A stretch of 61,917 nucleotides of DNA, filler included, from Globobulimina sp. (GCA_003354225.1; 13 parts of 13 records of this genome joined end to end with filler, not necessarily neighbours in it), one strand, 5' to 3'. Positions 38,682 through 53,473 are shown, counted from the whole stretch's first letter. The notes: generated by a model not told the origin, from the sequence alone. A program made the numbers and translations.

Positions 38682-41600
38682 TCAATGATGGTATTTATTT
38701 AATGTAATCGGATGTGTCACATTATTTCTATCAATGATTATTTTCCCCTTTATCTGATTATCTTTTTCCATTTGATTCAATAACATATTAAACTCTTGTT
38801 GTGTATGACTCTGTTTATAAACATCAATCGGCGTTTTACATTGTATATTTTCCAAATGAATATGTGATAACAACATTGGAAATAGCCATAATAAAAACTC
38901 TTGTGAAACATGAATATTTTTACACGCGTAATGCAAACATGTATTCCCTTTCAAATCAACACTATTTATATCGACCTTATAGTCCAACAATAGCAAAATA
39001 ATATGTTTATTAAACTGTGTATTCTCAAGAAAATAAGTATGATAAATTGACTCATGTTTTGCGTTTGACTCAAACGCATCTGTCAAAGAACCAAACTGTT
39101 CAATATTCTGACACATAAATCGCAATGCATCACATCCATATTGTTGATTGATCGAAGCATTCTTCACTGCCCAATGAAACACAGAATTCCTGAAACCATC
39201 TCTTATAATTGGGTCCATCCCATGTTCCATAAATAAATTTATCATCGAATTACTGATCGATAAATTATATGCCAAATAAAACATAAATGGTGTCTGATGA
39301 AACCTGTTTTTCACATCAATGCAATCCATAACATATTCCCATTGATGCGCTATCGAGTGATGCTTTTTATTTCTTTTATTCTTATACAGCTCAATATGTT
39401 CTTTTCCGGTCAGTATCTCTGATCCTTTTGGCCCATAATTACTGTCCCTCTTATTCCTCCTATATTTGATTGGTGGCTCTTCGTCATTGGCAGCCAGCAT
39501 TTTTCTCACTGAATCTAAATATAAATTTATTATAAATTCAACATTGTTATCGCTCATCATTGGGTTCATTGCGGCATAATGCACGATGCAGTTACCATTA
39601 TTATCGCGTATTTCTGGTCGTAATCCATATCCAACCATTAATTCTAAAATATCGACATTTGCATCACGTAAAAATAGTTTGTTTTTGGTCTGATTGGCAC
39701 CAATATTAATATTCAGTATATTATTCACATTGGATTTATTAATAAGTGATTGTTGGTATTTATTTGCGCATAAATAGTACATTAAGGCAGTTTTGCCATC
39801 GCTATCTGTTGAATTGATCGACATTTCATTGGCGCATTCTTGCAATAAAAACGTAATGGCACTCTTACTGGGCATACTATGCGAAACAGCGGCATGTAAT
39901 ATGGTCCTCCTTCCAGGCGCAGACATTGCACCCATATAAAACTTAGCATTGTGGCTCAATACATCGACAAAATCCTGATTATATGTTATATATTCTCGAA
40001 AATAAACATGTAATAATGTCTCATTATGCGAATTTCTAAAATTATATCGTGTACAATTGAGACAAATTCAATTATATATATGCAGTATACCTTAAATCTG
40101 GATTTACACCAAATTCAATCATCTCAGTTAAGCCTCGGATATCTCCTGTTTTGGTAATCATCCATATGTCGCGTTCTTGCGTAGCCATTAATTTTGATAT
40201 ATCTTTGACAATATAGAAATTCCATATTACTGCATACAACATTGGTGTTAAAAATGTCATGATCGTGGTACATATCAACATTACAAAGCCAAACGTAGCA
40301 TTGCTGTCATGCAGCCATAGTCGCCGCACAATCTTATCATGGCTAAAACAGCCAAATGTATGTTCACATTTAAAATCAACAAACACATTTAACCAAATTA
40401 TAAACAGCATTATAATATGTTCAATCAAGCGAATAAATGTCAATTGCCACGTTCTTCTTTGCTTCAAATATCCCAGCGGGATAGCTACAAAATAGGATAA
40501 AAAGTCATATTTGCCCTGACGTGAAGCAATATATACAATCAATATTGCTTCGGCAGCAAATATCACAGACAATAGATAGCCGCCAATAGTCAGCCATATC
40601 AACACAAATATAAATGTTCTGCACGTTACTTCGCATAATCTCCAACTAAGTCGCACCATATATGGGAATGATACGTATGGCGGCGTCTCCTTTGTAATGT
40701 AATACATATCGTAGGGGAAATATAATTTGTCATCGCGCTCGAATCTCTCTGCCATGGTCACCAATGATAATAATATTGATGTGATAACTATGGTGCTGTC
40801 GTCTTCTTCATTCCAATTGTCAATTCTCGCCAAGTAACTTATTTGTAGCACGGCCTGCGGCAGCGATTCAAACGTTGCCTGTTTCATTTATTTCATGTAA
40901 AATTGGACAACTTTGGTAACAGATCTGTCAAACCTCAAGTTTCTGGAGCCATGTTTGAATATATCCAGGTTCGGATAATTTTAATTTAAAACTTATGAAT
41001 ATAGTCCGATAAATCTCCAAATCAAAGATTAATTGCGACAGAACTCGCAATGGGGATTTTGTCAATGAATAGATCATCAAACTAGCAATGCAGCGATATA
41101 ACAAAACAAACAATATACTTAATATGAATAATGCCAACAGATCAATGTCGCCATTCGAGGATAACCATTTTGTTGGTTTGGCATTGCTGCCGTCATCATA
41201 CCATTTGATCATCACTGCGATATCCGTGCCCATGTCCCATATATGGATGATTAACAAGCCATAAATGGCCGACATATTCCATGTTACCCAGACCCAATAA
41301 AAGAATTTCACTCCGAAACTAATGTTATTTCCATAGGGGTTTTCATTTCGATTTCCATTTCGTTTACGTGTTGAACTTAAATTAATGACAGACAATTTCA
41401 ACACATCTTGTTCCTTTTTGGCATATATATCACATACAAATTACAAATGACATCAAATATAAATTAACTGCGGTGTCAACAGCCAGCTGGTTATGGTTTT
41501 CTTCTTGTTTCGTATCATCATTTTCCTCATCTTCCTCATAAATATCAAAGGGTTTGATGAATTTCTCATAATACAGGTCCGGTATTGGCCGTAGAAAAGA

Positions 41601-41924
41601 ACCGCGAAGCACCGAGCCACTGAAACCTAGCGACCCGTATTCCACTGAAGCACCAGTCAGCTGTTTCTGTAGTTGCTGTGAGAACGCAGAGGCATGCGAT
41701 GCGGAGAAATGGTAGGAATGATTTGCATATTCTTTAGGCGACGAACTGGCTGATCCACCCCCTATGGATGTTGCAGAGGCAATTTTTTTGTATTCGACAG
41801 TGATTTTTTGAATGATAAATATTAATTCATCCTCTAATTTAATCCAGCAATATATTGATAAATAGATCACAATAAGCAAGTATGAGGAGCCATATATCAC
41901 CGTAAATATATCAGCAGTTTCCAT
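38682..41924 (-). CDS. XK-related (Xkr scramblase-like) membrane domain fused to C-terminal ankyrin repeats, 4 exons
   Basis: HIWDMGTDIAV and spliced LE-ATFESLPQAVLQ; ankyrin repeats GKTALMY, GNCIVHYAA, RNSVFHWAV, GNTCLHYAC. Confidence 0.8.
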
Positions 41925-42002
41925 TGCCAAAGTAACAAAAAACCTGCTACAAAAACTTCAGTAGTACTACTAATCACAGCGAAATATCAGTAGCGTCACA
42001 CT

Positions 42003-42857
42003 ATGATGGACATGCAAATTTGGCGCAATATATCGTTTAGATTATGCGTAATTTGGATTGATTTAATCATATTGACAAGTGTCTTGCTATTCCATTCGTA
42101 TCGATTATGTTATTTACATAAAGATCGCAAAGGTTCCGCAATCAGAATATTTAAATTCATTTCCTTCAAACATTTATCATTCATTGTGATTATCTCTGCA
42201 TTATTACCAACACTACAACAAGCTTATGTGTACACGCCGCAACAATCAATTACGAATGGAATGTGCCAATTTACACTAATTTTCGGGATCACTGGTCTCT
42301 CCGTTGCCAAACTTGCCTTGTTATGTATACAGTATACGTGTTCAGTTTTGAATGTGAGCAAATTAAGCAAACTATACAAACACATAGACATTTATTCGTT
42401 GCCGTACGATCGCAGATTGTTCGAAATGAAACCAGTTCAATTTGGTTCAAAATCGGCTTAGCGATGATAATAAGCGATGTATTATACATTGTATATATTT
42501 TATCGGGAGTTCCAATCATTAGATCTATGCAGAATGACGTATTGTGCCCAGCCACCGAGGTCTCACTACCCGTTTATGTTTGGTTTGCGATGAATGATTT
42601 TGTTATTGGTTGTTACTGTTTATTTGCATTCATTGTCCCTTTACGGAAATATGTGTTATTAGAAGGCGGTGGAGAAAGTGGAGAGGAATATACAGTGACA
42701 AACGAAGCTGAAATACAAAAAACGACTAATTCAGAATTAAAAACGCTTATTACGAGGATTATGATTTATAGTTCAATTGCTTTGGTGTCGACTATGATTA
42801 CTTCCGTTATATCTGCAGTGGTTCCTCAATCTGGAGGTTTGTTGTTTGTATACAAAC
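42003..42857 (+). CDS. GPCR-like multi-TM protein, 3' partial
   Basis: Two overlapping hydrophobic ORFs that can be joined by an intron near 42320-42390. Confidence 0.6.
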
Positions 42858-42957
42858 NNNNNNNNNNNNNNNNNNNNNNNNNNNNNNNNNNNNNNNNNNN
42901 NTTAATTAATTAANNNNNNNNNNNNNNNNNNNNNNNNNNNNNNNNNNNNNNNNNNNN

Positions 42958-43233
42958 GACTCAAAAAAATTGGTTTGTGCATACTCGAAGCAATATGGCA
43001 CAAAGATTGGTACAATGCTATACTTATTGAGTACTATTGATGATTACATAGGAATGTATCCAATAATAAATGACAAAGAGGCACAGTCATTATGTGATAA
43101 AGTCGCTGGATTCAAGTATATGACATGTTCTTCATTAAAATCCAGAGGATTAGACCAAATATTTGAACAGGTCGGACAATGTTATCTGTCACAACAGCTG
43201 AAAAGCAAAGAGAACAATTGCCGAATATTGTAA
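42958..43233 (+). CDS. Rho/Rac-family GTPase C-terminal fragment
   Basis: GTKI, YMTCSSLKSRGLDQIFE and CAAX box CRIL-stop. Confidence 0.7.
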   Translation, partial: DSKKLVCAYSKQYGTKIGTMLYLLSTIDDYIGMYPIINDKEAQSLCDKVAGFKYMTCSSLKSRGLDQIFEQVGQCYLSQQLKSKENNCRIL

Positions 43234-43356
43234 AATGTAGGATTTTATTTTGTAGTTTTTTCTAAGTACGTTTTTTGTTTGTTTCCGTGTACAGCTTTTC
43301 CATCCTTCTTTCAAGAATGTCAACATAGTCCATTTTGTGCTCATACCTCCACAAAG

Positions 43357-45629
43357 ATGAATGATTACACCCCGTTTCCAACCACAACAACGGAAACCAC
43401 CTCAAAACAACAGTCATTTCCATTTAAAAATGGCACTTCCATTAAACATAAGAATAATACACTCAGTGCATCAAATATCGATGATAAATCTGACATTATT
43501 GCCATACATAATAATAATCACAATTCAAATGACCCAACTGATGATTCAGTACATTCATCCATAATAAATAACAAACTGAAACAATTAGATATCAGTGTCA
43601 AAATAAACAAAAACAATTGCGAGAATACACATTTTATGCATTCAAATCAAGCAAATTCTCCACAAACGTTAATAGAAAACAATAAAAATGGTAATGTCGT
43701 GTTATTCACCGACGACAATAACAATGATTTATCATTAAAGCAAACACAAACACCAAACACACCCTGTTTAAATCCACAAAATGAGTTCCAAAAAATACCA
43801 CAAATATCACAAAATATATTATCTCCACTCAACAACACTAAGAACAATGAAGCAAATACTTTTGAGCCACCATCGCGTTGCACCAATGATCCCGGCGCAC
43901 CTATTATTTCTTTGGAAAAAGCTAAAAAAGAATTTAAAACTGTATCACAAGCGGCGTTCAGGTACGTCTAGGCATACATTATTATAAATATATTCTATTC
44001 ATATTTTCTTACCAATCAAGATTCCAATTTGTCTGCGATGCCTATCGTCGATGTAAAATAGGCAGTGTAAAAGAAAAAGATTTTGCCAAATTAGAAGATG
44101 TTATCAATTATGTGCACGACCAATTACTCAAACGCAGACAAAGAAATTTACAAAGCAATAAAGCAACGATTACCAGGCCAATCACACCAATTTCAGACAG
44201 TGCAGCTCGCGATGATGGGAAAACAATGAGAGATATTATCCATTCGTCATTATCGCAAATATCAGCACCGATATGCAGTATTTGTAATAAATCGTTTCCA
44301 TCCAATCATTGCTACACAACCTGTAATCATCCATTGTGTATAAAATGTTTGGTGATGACATTCAATCAAAATCCAAAGAATCCAAGATGGTGCGTTATGT
44401 TTCTATGTGTTTTCTGTTTCTGTGTTGTGACATTATTGACATATATCTGTAATTAGGTACATGTGTGCTGTGAATGGCTGCCGTGCAATGTTGCCGCCGC
44501 AGGCACACTTCCTCGTGCTTTCATATAAGCCCTCATCAAATTCGAGTGCAATGAATAAAAGTTTGTACAAAAAAATGCTTTCAGAATACGTGCGTGTTCG
44601 TAATATTTCGTATAAGAATATGCTTAAGATTGTCGGCGAATATTTTAGCAGCAAACTGAAATGCTATGATAGATGGAGGAAATGCGAAAACTGTGACTTT
44701 GGTTTTTTAGCGGATCCGGATGTGTCATGGTATCAGGTGTTTGAGTTAAAGTGTGTGGTTTGCAGTGTTATACAAAGAGTACAGTTGTTAGGGCCCAATC
44801 CGTGCAACAGATTGTCGTTGAAAAAGAATTATTATCCAAATGATGCAATGTTTAAAAGTCTACTTTTTATTCGACATGGTGAAGCTGAGAATAATGTACG
44901 TCCAAATGACCCCAATTTAAGGTACTTTGCAACTTATACTGTGACAGATATGATCCTCTGCTGTTTGTACATGCATAATATTGAGAAACAGCAACGAATA
45001 AATACTCGTTTTTATAATTTTAGATGTATTTAATATGCATCTAAAATTATAAAAACACGATCAATATGAAATAATATGTTGTGATCCATTGTATTATTTT
45101 AATTATAAGGGATCCAAACTTAACAAATCGAGGAAAGGAACAATGCAAACACTTGCAACAATTCTTTGGTTGCATGATAAGCGTCGACTGCATATTATCA
45201 TCGCCAATGAACAGATGTATGCAAACTGCGATCATTGGAATCTATAAAAAAGATCTAGATGGAAAAATACCTTTTATTGTTTTAGAGTGTTTGCGGGAGA
45301 GATTATCGCCGACTTTTAATAGGAGAGAAACGATAACTGTTAAAAAAGAGAAATATAAAAATGTAACTATTGATTTCAGTCAATGCAAATGTGACAACGA
45401 TTTGTATTTTGATGTGGAGAAAAAAAATGAAAAGTATCAAGATATGAATAAAAGAGCATGGCAATTTTATAAATATTTACTTCAACGAAAAGAACAAAAT
45501 ATTGCTATTGTATCACATGAAGGAATGCTGCAATGTTTGATGAATATTATTGATGCAAATGATAAATGCCTAACCAGATCATTTAAAAATGCTGAAGCTA
45601 GATTGTGTTTTTTGGCGCATAGGAAATAA
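43357..45629 (+). CDS. RING/IBR-like zinc-finger region fused to a histidine phosphatase (PGM family), 4 exons
   Basis: CSIC...CNHPLCIKC...CAVNGC and CENC...CVVC, then FIRHGEAENN, SSPMNRCMQTA, LRERL, IVSHEG, FKNAE. GT-AG introns join the exons in frame. Confidence 0.8.
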
Positions 45630-45848
45630 TGGTGATATCACTTATTTTTTTTCTTTCACTATAGCTAGTACTGTACATACTTTATAATAGTTATCGTTTT
45701 CAAGTCAAAAAACATTACCAAACAAACATAATGCTGACACCACCACTGCGAGCAAATACGGTATTTCTAAACGTTTTTCTGTTGCTGAAAACACATAAAA
45801 AAAAATAATGCAACACCACAGCGATTCTGTTTTAGCAATTATAAACAC

Positions 45849-46605
45849 GTGTTATTAGTGGCGTTAATTTTGTTATGCATTTGTTTGTGTATGATGTCGA
45901 TGCAAGGATATAAATTTAATTTTATTGATTGGTCAAATGAGAATTACAAGCGTCATCAAGCTCGCTTATTATTATCAGCAACACCACTTTTACAACGACC
46001 AAATTTATGGACATTAGTTGATGTTGATGCGGAAAGTGAATTGGTGGATGTAGATCGCTCAACTGCTTCCAAGAATTCTTCCACTCTCAATTCTCCGAAT
46101 AAGTCGCCCATCACACATATGGATGAGACAAATATGTTGGAAACCACCGCATATAATTATGCATCACCATTTACACAAGCAAGCAGTGGTGGAGAGGATA
46201 CAGCAAATTCATTCTTTGCAGAATCTGGAGACGATCTCCCAAATTCGCTTAATTCATTCTTTGCAGAATCTGGAAATTCGCTTAATTCGCCTAACTCACC
46301 GAATCTACAAAACTTCGATATTATGCCATTCAGTTAATGTTACTTCGATGTTATGCCATTTAGTTAAAGTATTAATTATTAAATATTCATCAAATTGCAA
46401 CATATACACAGTGTCATTGGCCCATAGACACGAAATGGGAATGGATCAACCAAAACTACCAAAACTACCAAATGCTACAGGCATGGATGTGACAGTGGCT
46501 ACCTACACGACATCAGCGCTAAGGCACCGACGTGGAGAAAATATGGATGGTTCGCGATCAGAAAAGTCCGATTTGAATGATAAAGATGGAACACCTTCAA
46601 GTTGA
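45849..46605 (+). CDS. Hypothetical single-TM protein with low-complexity tail
   Basis: TM helix followed by an S/N-rich tail with a duplicated NSFFAESG; tandem ~30-nt duplication at about 46311-46367. Confidence 0.4.
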
Positions 46606-46897
46606 GAATTATTTTTATGTGTTACTGTATTTCGTCGCTCATCGGCTCATGTAACAAATGTGTATTATGATATGTAGGATTTGCTTTGTTGGGTAAAATC
46701 TGCTGTCGCTTTGGTTCGTGTTTTGGTTATTGTACATGTCTAAAGCGGTAAACATTGACTCTACTTCTTTTTCTTTGATGTCGACATTGCAAAGAAAAAC
46801 GCTATTAAATGTACATGGGATGTTGTTCTAGCAATTAAGTACTTGTTGTTTTGCTATCATACATTTTATATACCTTTATATTAAGATACTAAACATA

Positions 46898-47622
46898 ATG
46901 ATCATGATTTACAACATAATCAATTGCTTAAAAACTTGCTTTAATAAAAACTTGTTATGTATGATGTATCCGCGGCGTACTGCATTGATATTTATGACCT
47001 TAATCCTACTATGCCAAATGTTATATTTTTATTTGTATTCTGGTAATGATTTCGATGAAACAGTAATATTAAGCTCAAATGAACCAAACATATCAAATAA
47101 AAAAGTATTTGAAAGATTTGAAAAAGCAAAACAAACTGCAAAAGAAAATGCAAAATGGTTGAAAAGGAACAGTAATAAATTGTTAATATTTTTACATTTT
47201 CACAAAGCAGGCGGTACCTCTTTGTTTAAAGCAGCGTCAGAGGTTACAAAACCATATATTTTGAATATAAATGGAAATCCAAGAGAGAAAAAGTTGAAAT
47301 TCATTCGATTTTGGCAATATAATGTGACAGCAATGCAAGCATTTATTAATCATTTGTTATTGGACAAAGTATCATTTATTGCAATGGAGAATCAATATTT
47401 TTATTATTCAAATTCCATAAATTCTATAAAGAATTCATTGAATATGGAATTAATAACAATTTTGCGAGATCCATATAAAAGATTTGTGTCAAATTTCTTC
47501 TACGAAATAAATGATGTAATTCATCCAAAAATGTATATTGAAGCAAAGGAAGGAAATATTAAAGAAAGACTGCTATCATTTTATGCGGGCGATGGAGAAT
47601 ATTTTGATGGAATAAAAAATTG
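46898..47622 (+). CDS. Golgi-type sulfotransferase (Sulfotransfer_2-like), 3' partial
   Basis: Type II TM anchor; 5'-PSB motif FLHFHKAGGTS; 3'-PB motif ITILRDPYKRFVSNF. Confidence 0.88.
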
Positions 47623-47722
47623 NNNNNNNNNNNNNNNNNNNNNNNNNNNNNNNNNNNNNNNNNNNNTTAATTAATTAANNNNNNNNNNNNNNNNNNNNNN
47701 NNNNNNNNNNNNNNNNNNNNNN

Positions 47723-50700
47723 TAAATCTAATGATTCAAATATACCCAACAAATGTGACCATGCCGATCTTTTTGAACTTCCACTTTGAATCATTGCCAA
47801 CGATTTTGATATATCACCATCGACTGACGAGCCTTCATCTTGTTTATAATCACTTTCTTTCCCTTCTCCATCTCCTTCCATTCCCTCATTGTTACTCAAC
47901 AAATAATATTTTTGTTTAATGCCTAACAATTCATTTAAAATATTACTTGTATTCAATTCTTCCTCCCTATGTCTTTTAGCTCTTTTCATAGATTTTTGGC
48001 CATATTTCATTTTCTTTATTTTGCAAATCCATTCAATTTTCTTTGTAATGTTTTCTTTTGATTTGGAATAATCGACAATAAACATAATATCATTCAAAAC
48101 AGTTTCAAGATCAGCAATTAATTGTTTATTCCGCTTCATTTTAATAATTCTCTCTTTCACCGAACCAAATCGACTCATATTTACTGTCAAATAGCGCTTC
48201 TTAATCACTCCAATGATATGTTTTATTATCTTCAGTGCGGCGGTTACATTTCTTTTGGCCAAAACAGCAATCTTCAAATCAGAGACCATTTGTTGTATCA
48301 TTGCTAAAACAGTATCATAATCTTCTCCCCTTTTATTCGATTCATAGCCTAAATTATTCACAATGTTATCATGCATACAATCTATGGTTTTACCATTAAT
48401 ATATAACTGCGATGGTGGCCTTCCTCGATACAACAACGTATAACTTCCATTTGGCGGTAATCGGATCGATGCACTCCAATCTGGATTCTTTGTTAAATTC
48501 AAAACGAACCCTTCATCCAAAATGGTCTGATTATGCGGCACTTTGACGATAACTTTGCTTGTACCGGACAACAATTTGATATCTTGAATGATTTGCTTTG
48601 CCACAACCGATAATAACTTCTTTTTATTGGCGTAATATATTGGTTTCGCTTCGTACGCACATACAGTTTGTAATAAATATTTCAATCGTAACGGCGCATA
48701 ATAATTATCTGAACTTGCATTCACTGCAACAATCTTTACAATCACTTTAATCCCTTTTACATCCTCACCACTCATAACATACTTGAATTCGCTGAAAAAC
48801 TTCTCAATTGACTTCGCATCGTTTTTCGTATCACTCCCACCTAAAAATAGTACCACCACATACATGTTATCTTTCTTTTGCGACATTTTCAAAACTTTTT
48901 CATGATATTTACGTTGTAACATTGGAGCAATACCACACTGCATCTTTTTTTGTCCTATGTTGGCTGCCTCGGAGCTCACTGCCTTCACAATACTTTTACA
49001 AAATTGGTGCACTGTTTTAATTGGTTTATATCTATTATATTGTTTCAAATCTGTTTTCGCCAAATAACCTCCGAAAAAATCAGATTTAGCTTGTTTGTAC
49101 GCATCTAACTTTTCCTCCGATTTATATTTCTTATAATCATTACATAGAACATCCACTAACTTCTCAAAACAACCCAATACATTCCGCTTTGTTTCTAACT
49201 TCTTTTTCGTAAATTGCTCACTCAAAAACTTTGAAGCTGTATTAATTGAACCAAGCGGATGACAATAAACATTATCACCAAACAACACAGCCCCACTCGC
49301 TTCCGGTTGCAAATCGCGATAAATCTGAGCACAGACTGGCAATACACGTTTTGTGTACATTTTGGAAATTGCCATCGATGAAGAAATATCAATACCAAAT
49401 AACAATTTACATCCTGCCATTTTGAAATCTGATTCCAAGCCAACTTTGGATAAAACACTTTCAGTCAATGTCACAGTCCATAAATCATTGTGGACATTTA
49501 CTATTTTTGCTTTTTTCTTTTCGCGCTGCTTATAATTGCATTGCATGTCAGTACTAATCGCGTCTAAATCGCATAACTTGCTAAAATGAATAACTTTGTC
49601 CTCCTTATTCTCCTTATACATCAGCTTTAATTTTCTCATCAATTTCTTCCGTTTCTTCTTTGACGCCGCACGGATATTATTCAGCCACTGATAATCCTTT
49701 GAAGCAGCATAGGCAGAGCGCAATATTTGTGTTTTTGGGGCTAATTTCCAACCGTCACAGTCGGGATCCTCTTTCCTTTGAATAGTACTTTGTAATACGG
49801 GTAAAACCTGCATTGATGAACCGCAAATTATTTGTTTCCCATCGGGACTGATATGCGTATTCGCACCGCATTGGTATACACCTTCGAGACCAGGACTGCT
49901 TTGCCAACATGGCAGCAGATGCCTGTTATTCACATTTATGTTGAACTTATACACTACGTCGACTTCTTGCTGTGTTAATCGGTGAACTCTGCCCAAATGC
50001 ACTAAGTTTACCAATACAAGCTGTCTTTCGTGGTAATCAGTGGCTGCGTAATATCGAGCTAAGGTATAATCGCAGGATAAATAGACACCGGTTCCCCATC
50101 TGGAGCCATGTGAAACTGCTATTTGCTGTCCTGTTGATTCCATATAATCGCCGCCTTTTTTTAGCCCCTCACTCAAAATACTTTCTATATTTCTGGCTGC
50201 AGTACAATGAAATGCAAAACATGTATTATAATATCTTATATCTGATATAATAGACACCGCAGATTCTTCTTCTTCGTCTACAAATTGGTGTAACTTTTGC
50301 TCTCTTCGTTTGTGGGTCTCTTTATTTCGTAGCTTTTGCAAATTTGAACGATATTGCCAGCCAACGGCAGTCATGACTTGGCCATCAATTTCAGAGTGTT
50401 TTGGTGTTGATAGCAATGATTGAGAATGGGATTGGAATCTATGCACTAATTTCGGCAAAACAATAAATTGATGCTTTTCAGCTCCAAAACGCATCCAATA
50501 TTTACCTGGATTCCATTGATCACCAATGAATGCATGCACTGCTTCTTTTGTCATTGATAAAAGTTTATCTGTTTCTCGTTCCGCCGTTGACTTTAATTCA
50601 CCAAAACTAATCGACACACATTCTTTCAGTGGATTGGAAAGAGGTGTTTTATCAAAGGAAATTGATTTGGATTTCGAATAAATGTCCACAGCATATTTGG

Positions 50701-51858
50701 ATATATTATTTGCAATGTTTTTGCTTTGCGTATTGTATAAATAGTTATCGTCCATAATGCTGATATGTAATTAATGTCAATTTATGTACGCAAACACTCA
50801 AAAGAAAGAATAAATATATATCACCTTAAATTATTCTTCGATGATCGCTGTTGAATATCGGCAACATGCTGCTCAATATAACCATTTATCATAATCCATA
50901 AATCAGTCCAACTTCGTAGTTTATGCGGAATTAATATCCCCACAAATATGCAAACTAAATGTTGTAGAACAGTCTCTAACATTGCAACATCATCGGATAC
51001 CCAATATTTTAATTGGCCGCCATCTATATTTCTATTGTCAACTGATACTGAAACCTGTTTTTTTCTGTTATTTGCATGCGAACTTTCTCCAACATTTTCT
51101 TTCGTTTCCTTACATTCTTCGCACTCAAATTCAACATCAACTTTGATCCATTTTTGTTGAGTACAATATAATCGGATTACAAATATGCTTTCTTTTTCTT
51201 TACAAGTAATGTTTAAATGACTTATATCATTATCATTGTTATCATTTTTACCTTCGTCCAATCCCGAAATGGATGATATTAATTCATTTTTGGCAACAAA
51301 TGTCAACACAATGTCGGTTTTTTGTGGTTTATTATGTTGAAAATCAAATATTGGTTCAACCACAGAGTCACAATTATAAATATCTAAAATTATAAATAAT
51401 AGCCACTCAATAAACTTTAGCTGAATTTGATGATTTATAATGCTGTGTTTTAAACTAGATTTAAATTTTGATATTATTTGCGCGATTTGAGAATGATAAT
51501 CTGTGACTAATTCGTTATTGATGTTTTTATAAATTGTTTCAATAATTTGATCGGGAGCAATTTTGGTGCCATTTTCCTCTGACAAATTGCGGGATAAATC
51601 ATTAAAAAAGTCAATATAGTTTAGGCTATCAATAATATCATATTTGTAATAATTGTGATCAATTAATGATTTGATATTATTTTGATGTGATAGCTTCAGA
51701 CGAAACTTATGATCGCATTGAATTATGGATAGCAATATTTTAATGATTTGGGTATTGCCATAATAACAAAATATACCATCGATCATTGTAAAATATTCTT
51801 TATTGAATGACATGTAATTGAATATATCCTGAATCAATGATTTGTAATGATTATACAA
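47723..51858 (-). CDS. Large protein with PARP-like ART domain and vWA domain; intron 50760-50824; partial at both ends
   Basis: AFHCTAARNIESILSEGL, HGSRWGTGVYLS, ARYYA, LVHLGR; MIDAS-like GIDISSSM. The 65-nt GT-AG intron joins the 345-aa and 1026-aa ORFs in frame (NNLS-IMDD). Confidence 0.8.
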
Positions 51859-52487
51859 GCGATGTTGCCCAACATTTGTGTGGTGGGAAGGTGTCTGGAT
51901 TGGAGCTTATAATATGAACGCATTCAATAACAAAAAGCGTGGAGAATATACCTGTAAATATGCAGAACCTATAAACCGTGATTCAGGCTTAAGAAATGCA
52001 TTCTTTTCTTGCTCTGAGATTGTTGCGGAGTTTGCCATTAAACTAAGTGAAATCGGGGAAAAACTTACCAAACACCATGGACTTCAAAAAGCTGCTTAAA
52101 CCATTAACAGAATATTATGGTTTAGAAGCAACAAAAGAAGCAATTAAAAAACTTAAAATCTGGTACGAGGATCAAGCGTATGATGATGATGATATTGTAA
52201 CGGTAATAGTTTCTTTATTATATATAGTTTGTCCTCCTACATATACCTTAATAACAGGATTGGAACCCGGACGCATTTGAAGATTCAGAAGGCATCGATA
52301 TGCACGTTGAATTACTCAAATATCCGCAACTATTAAACAACGACGAACAAAAAGCAATATTATATTCATTTTGCCGTTATCATTTATNNNNNNNNNNNNN
52401 NNNNNNNNNNNNNNNNNNNNNNNNNNNNNNNTTAATTAATTAANNNNNNNNNNNNNNNNNNNNNNNNNNNNNNNNNNNNNNNNNNNN

Positions 52488-53473
52488 ATATACAAATAAA
52501 ATGTACATAAAATGGTACCTTAATCCAGTTCTTCCAGCAAAATTTTTGCTTTTTGCACTTTTGCGTTTCTTTTTTGGTGAACAGGAATCGTTAATGTCTT
52601 TTTCTTCATTTTCGATTTCTTTTCGTTTGCGTTTATTGCCACATAATGTTTTTTGATTCATTTTCGTCGGAATTGTTTTTGGTTTCTTTTTCTGTTTAAA
52701 AAAAATGTTATTTGTACGTTAAAATGGATTATGAACAAAACAAACAAACCATATTTCTCCAATGATTGAATATTTTGCGAATTAATACCATTTGGTAGTG
52801 TGCATCGGCATTATCAGCCTTTATAATTACATACAAAATGTATAAAATATATAAAAATGATGGCATGAAATGTTTTTATGTGTACTTAACTTTGTCTTTT
52901 TGGTCAAACTGGTTTGCCTTTATTGGTGATGCCACAATTACATCATCAGCGGCTTCAATGCGTGTCAGATGACGTTGTTGTAATGATTTAAGCGATGCGC
53001 TGTGTATAGTTGTTGATATTTTTTATGTTTATATTGTATAATACATATAATTATATATTGTAACATATGTACATTAGGGATTGAATAGATTGGGTTTGTG
53101 TATCGTTATAAATTTGTCGTTCGCATAGAAAGCACCATATTTCCTTGTAATGTGTAATATTTATATGAGATTGTTATGATTTGAATTTATAAGAATGTAA
53201 TATGAAATATATTATGCTTACATGCGAATGGATGTTAATTGTGATTGGATGTTTTATTCGTCGTTTTGAGTAACAATGATCTTCAGCATGACCTTCATAA
53301 TCAACATCAAGACAAGAGATAAAACCACATTGTAAACATGCAAATAATGGATTTGATGAGAATCTACATCCATTGGTTTGACATTTATCCCACAATGCAG
53401 GGTTTAATATTTTTCGGCTACAATTTAATGTATCGACAGTGTTGCAATTAATGTGCGGACATTCTTCATCCAT
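52488..53473 (-). CDS. zf-UBP ubiquitin-specific protease, N-terminal part, multi-exon
   Basis: ACLQCGFISC...GHAEDHC...HPITINIHS-KEIWCFLCE; the last exon ends FAGRTGLR, the start of a USP Cys box. Confidence 0.78.

Noticed and set aside
51878-52387. Short plus-strand ORFs
   Set aside because: No recognisable family and no consistent gene model.
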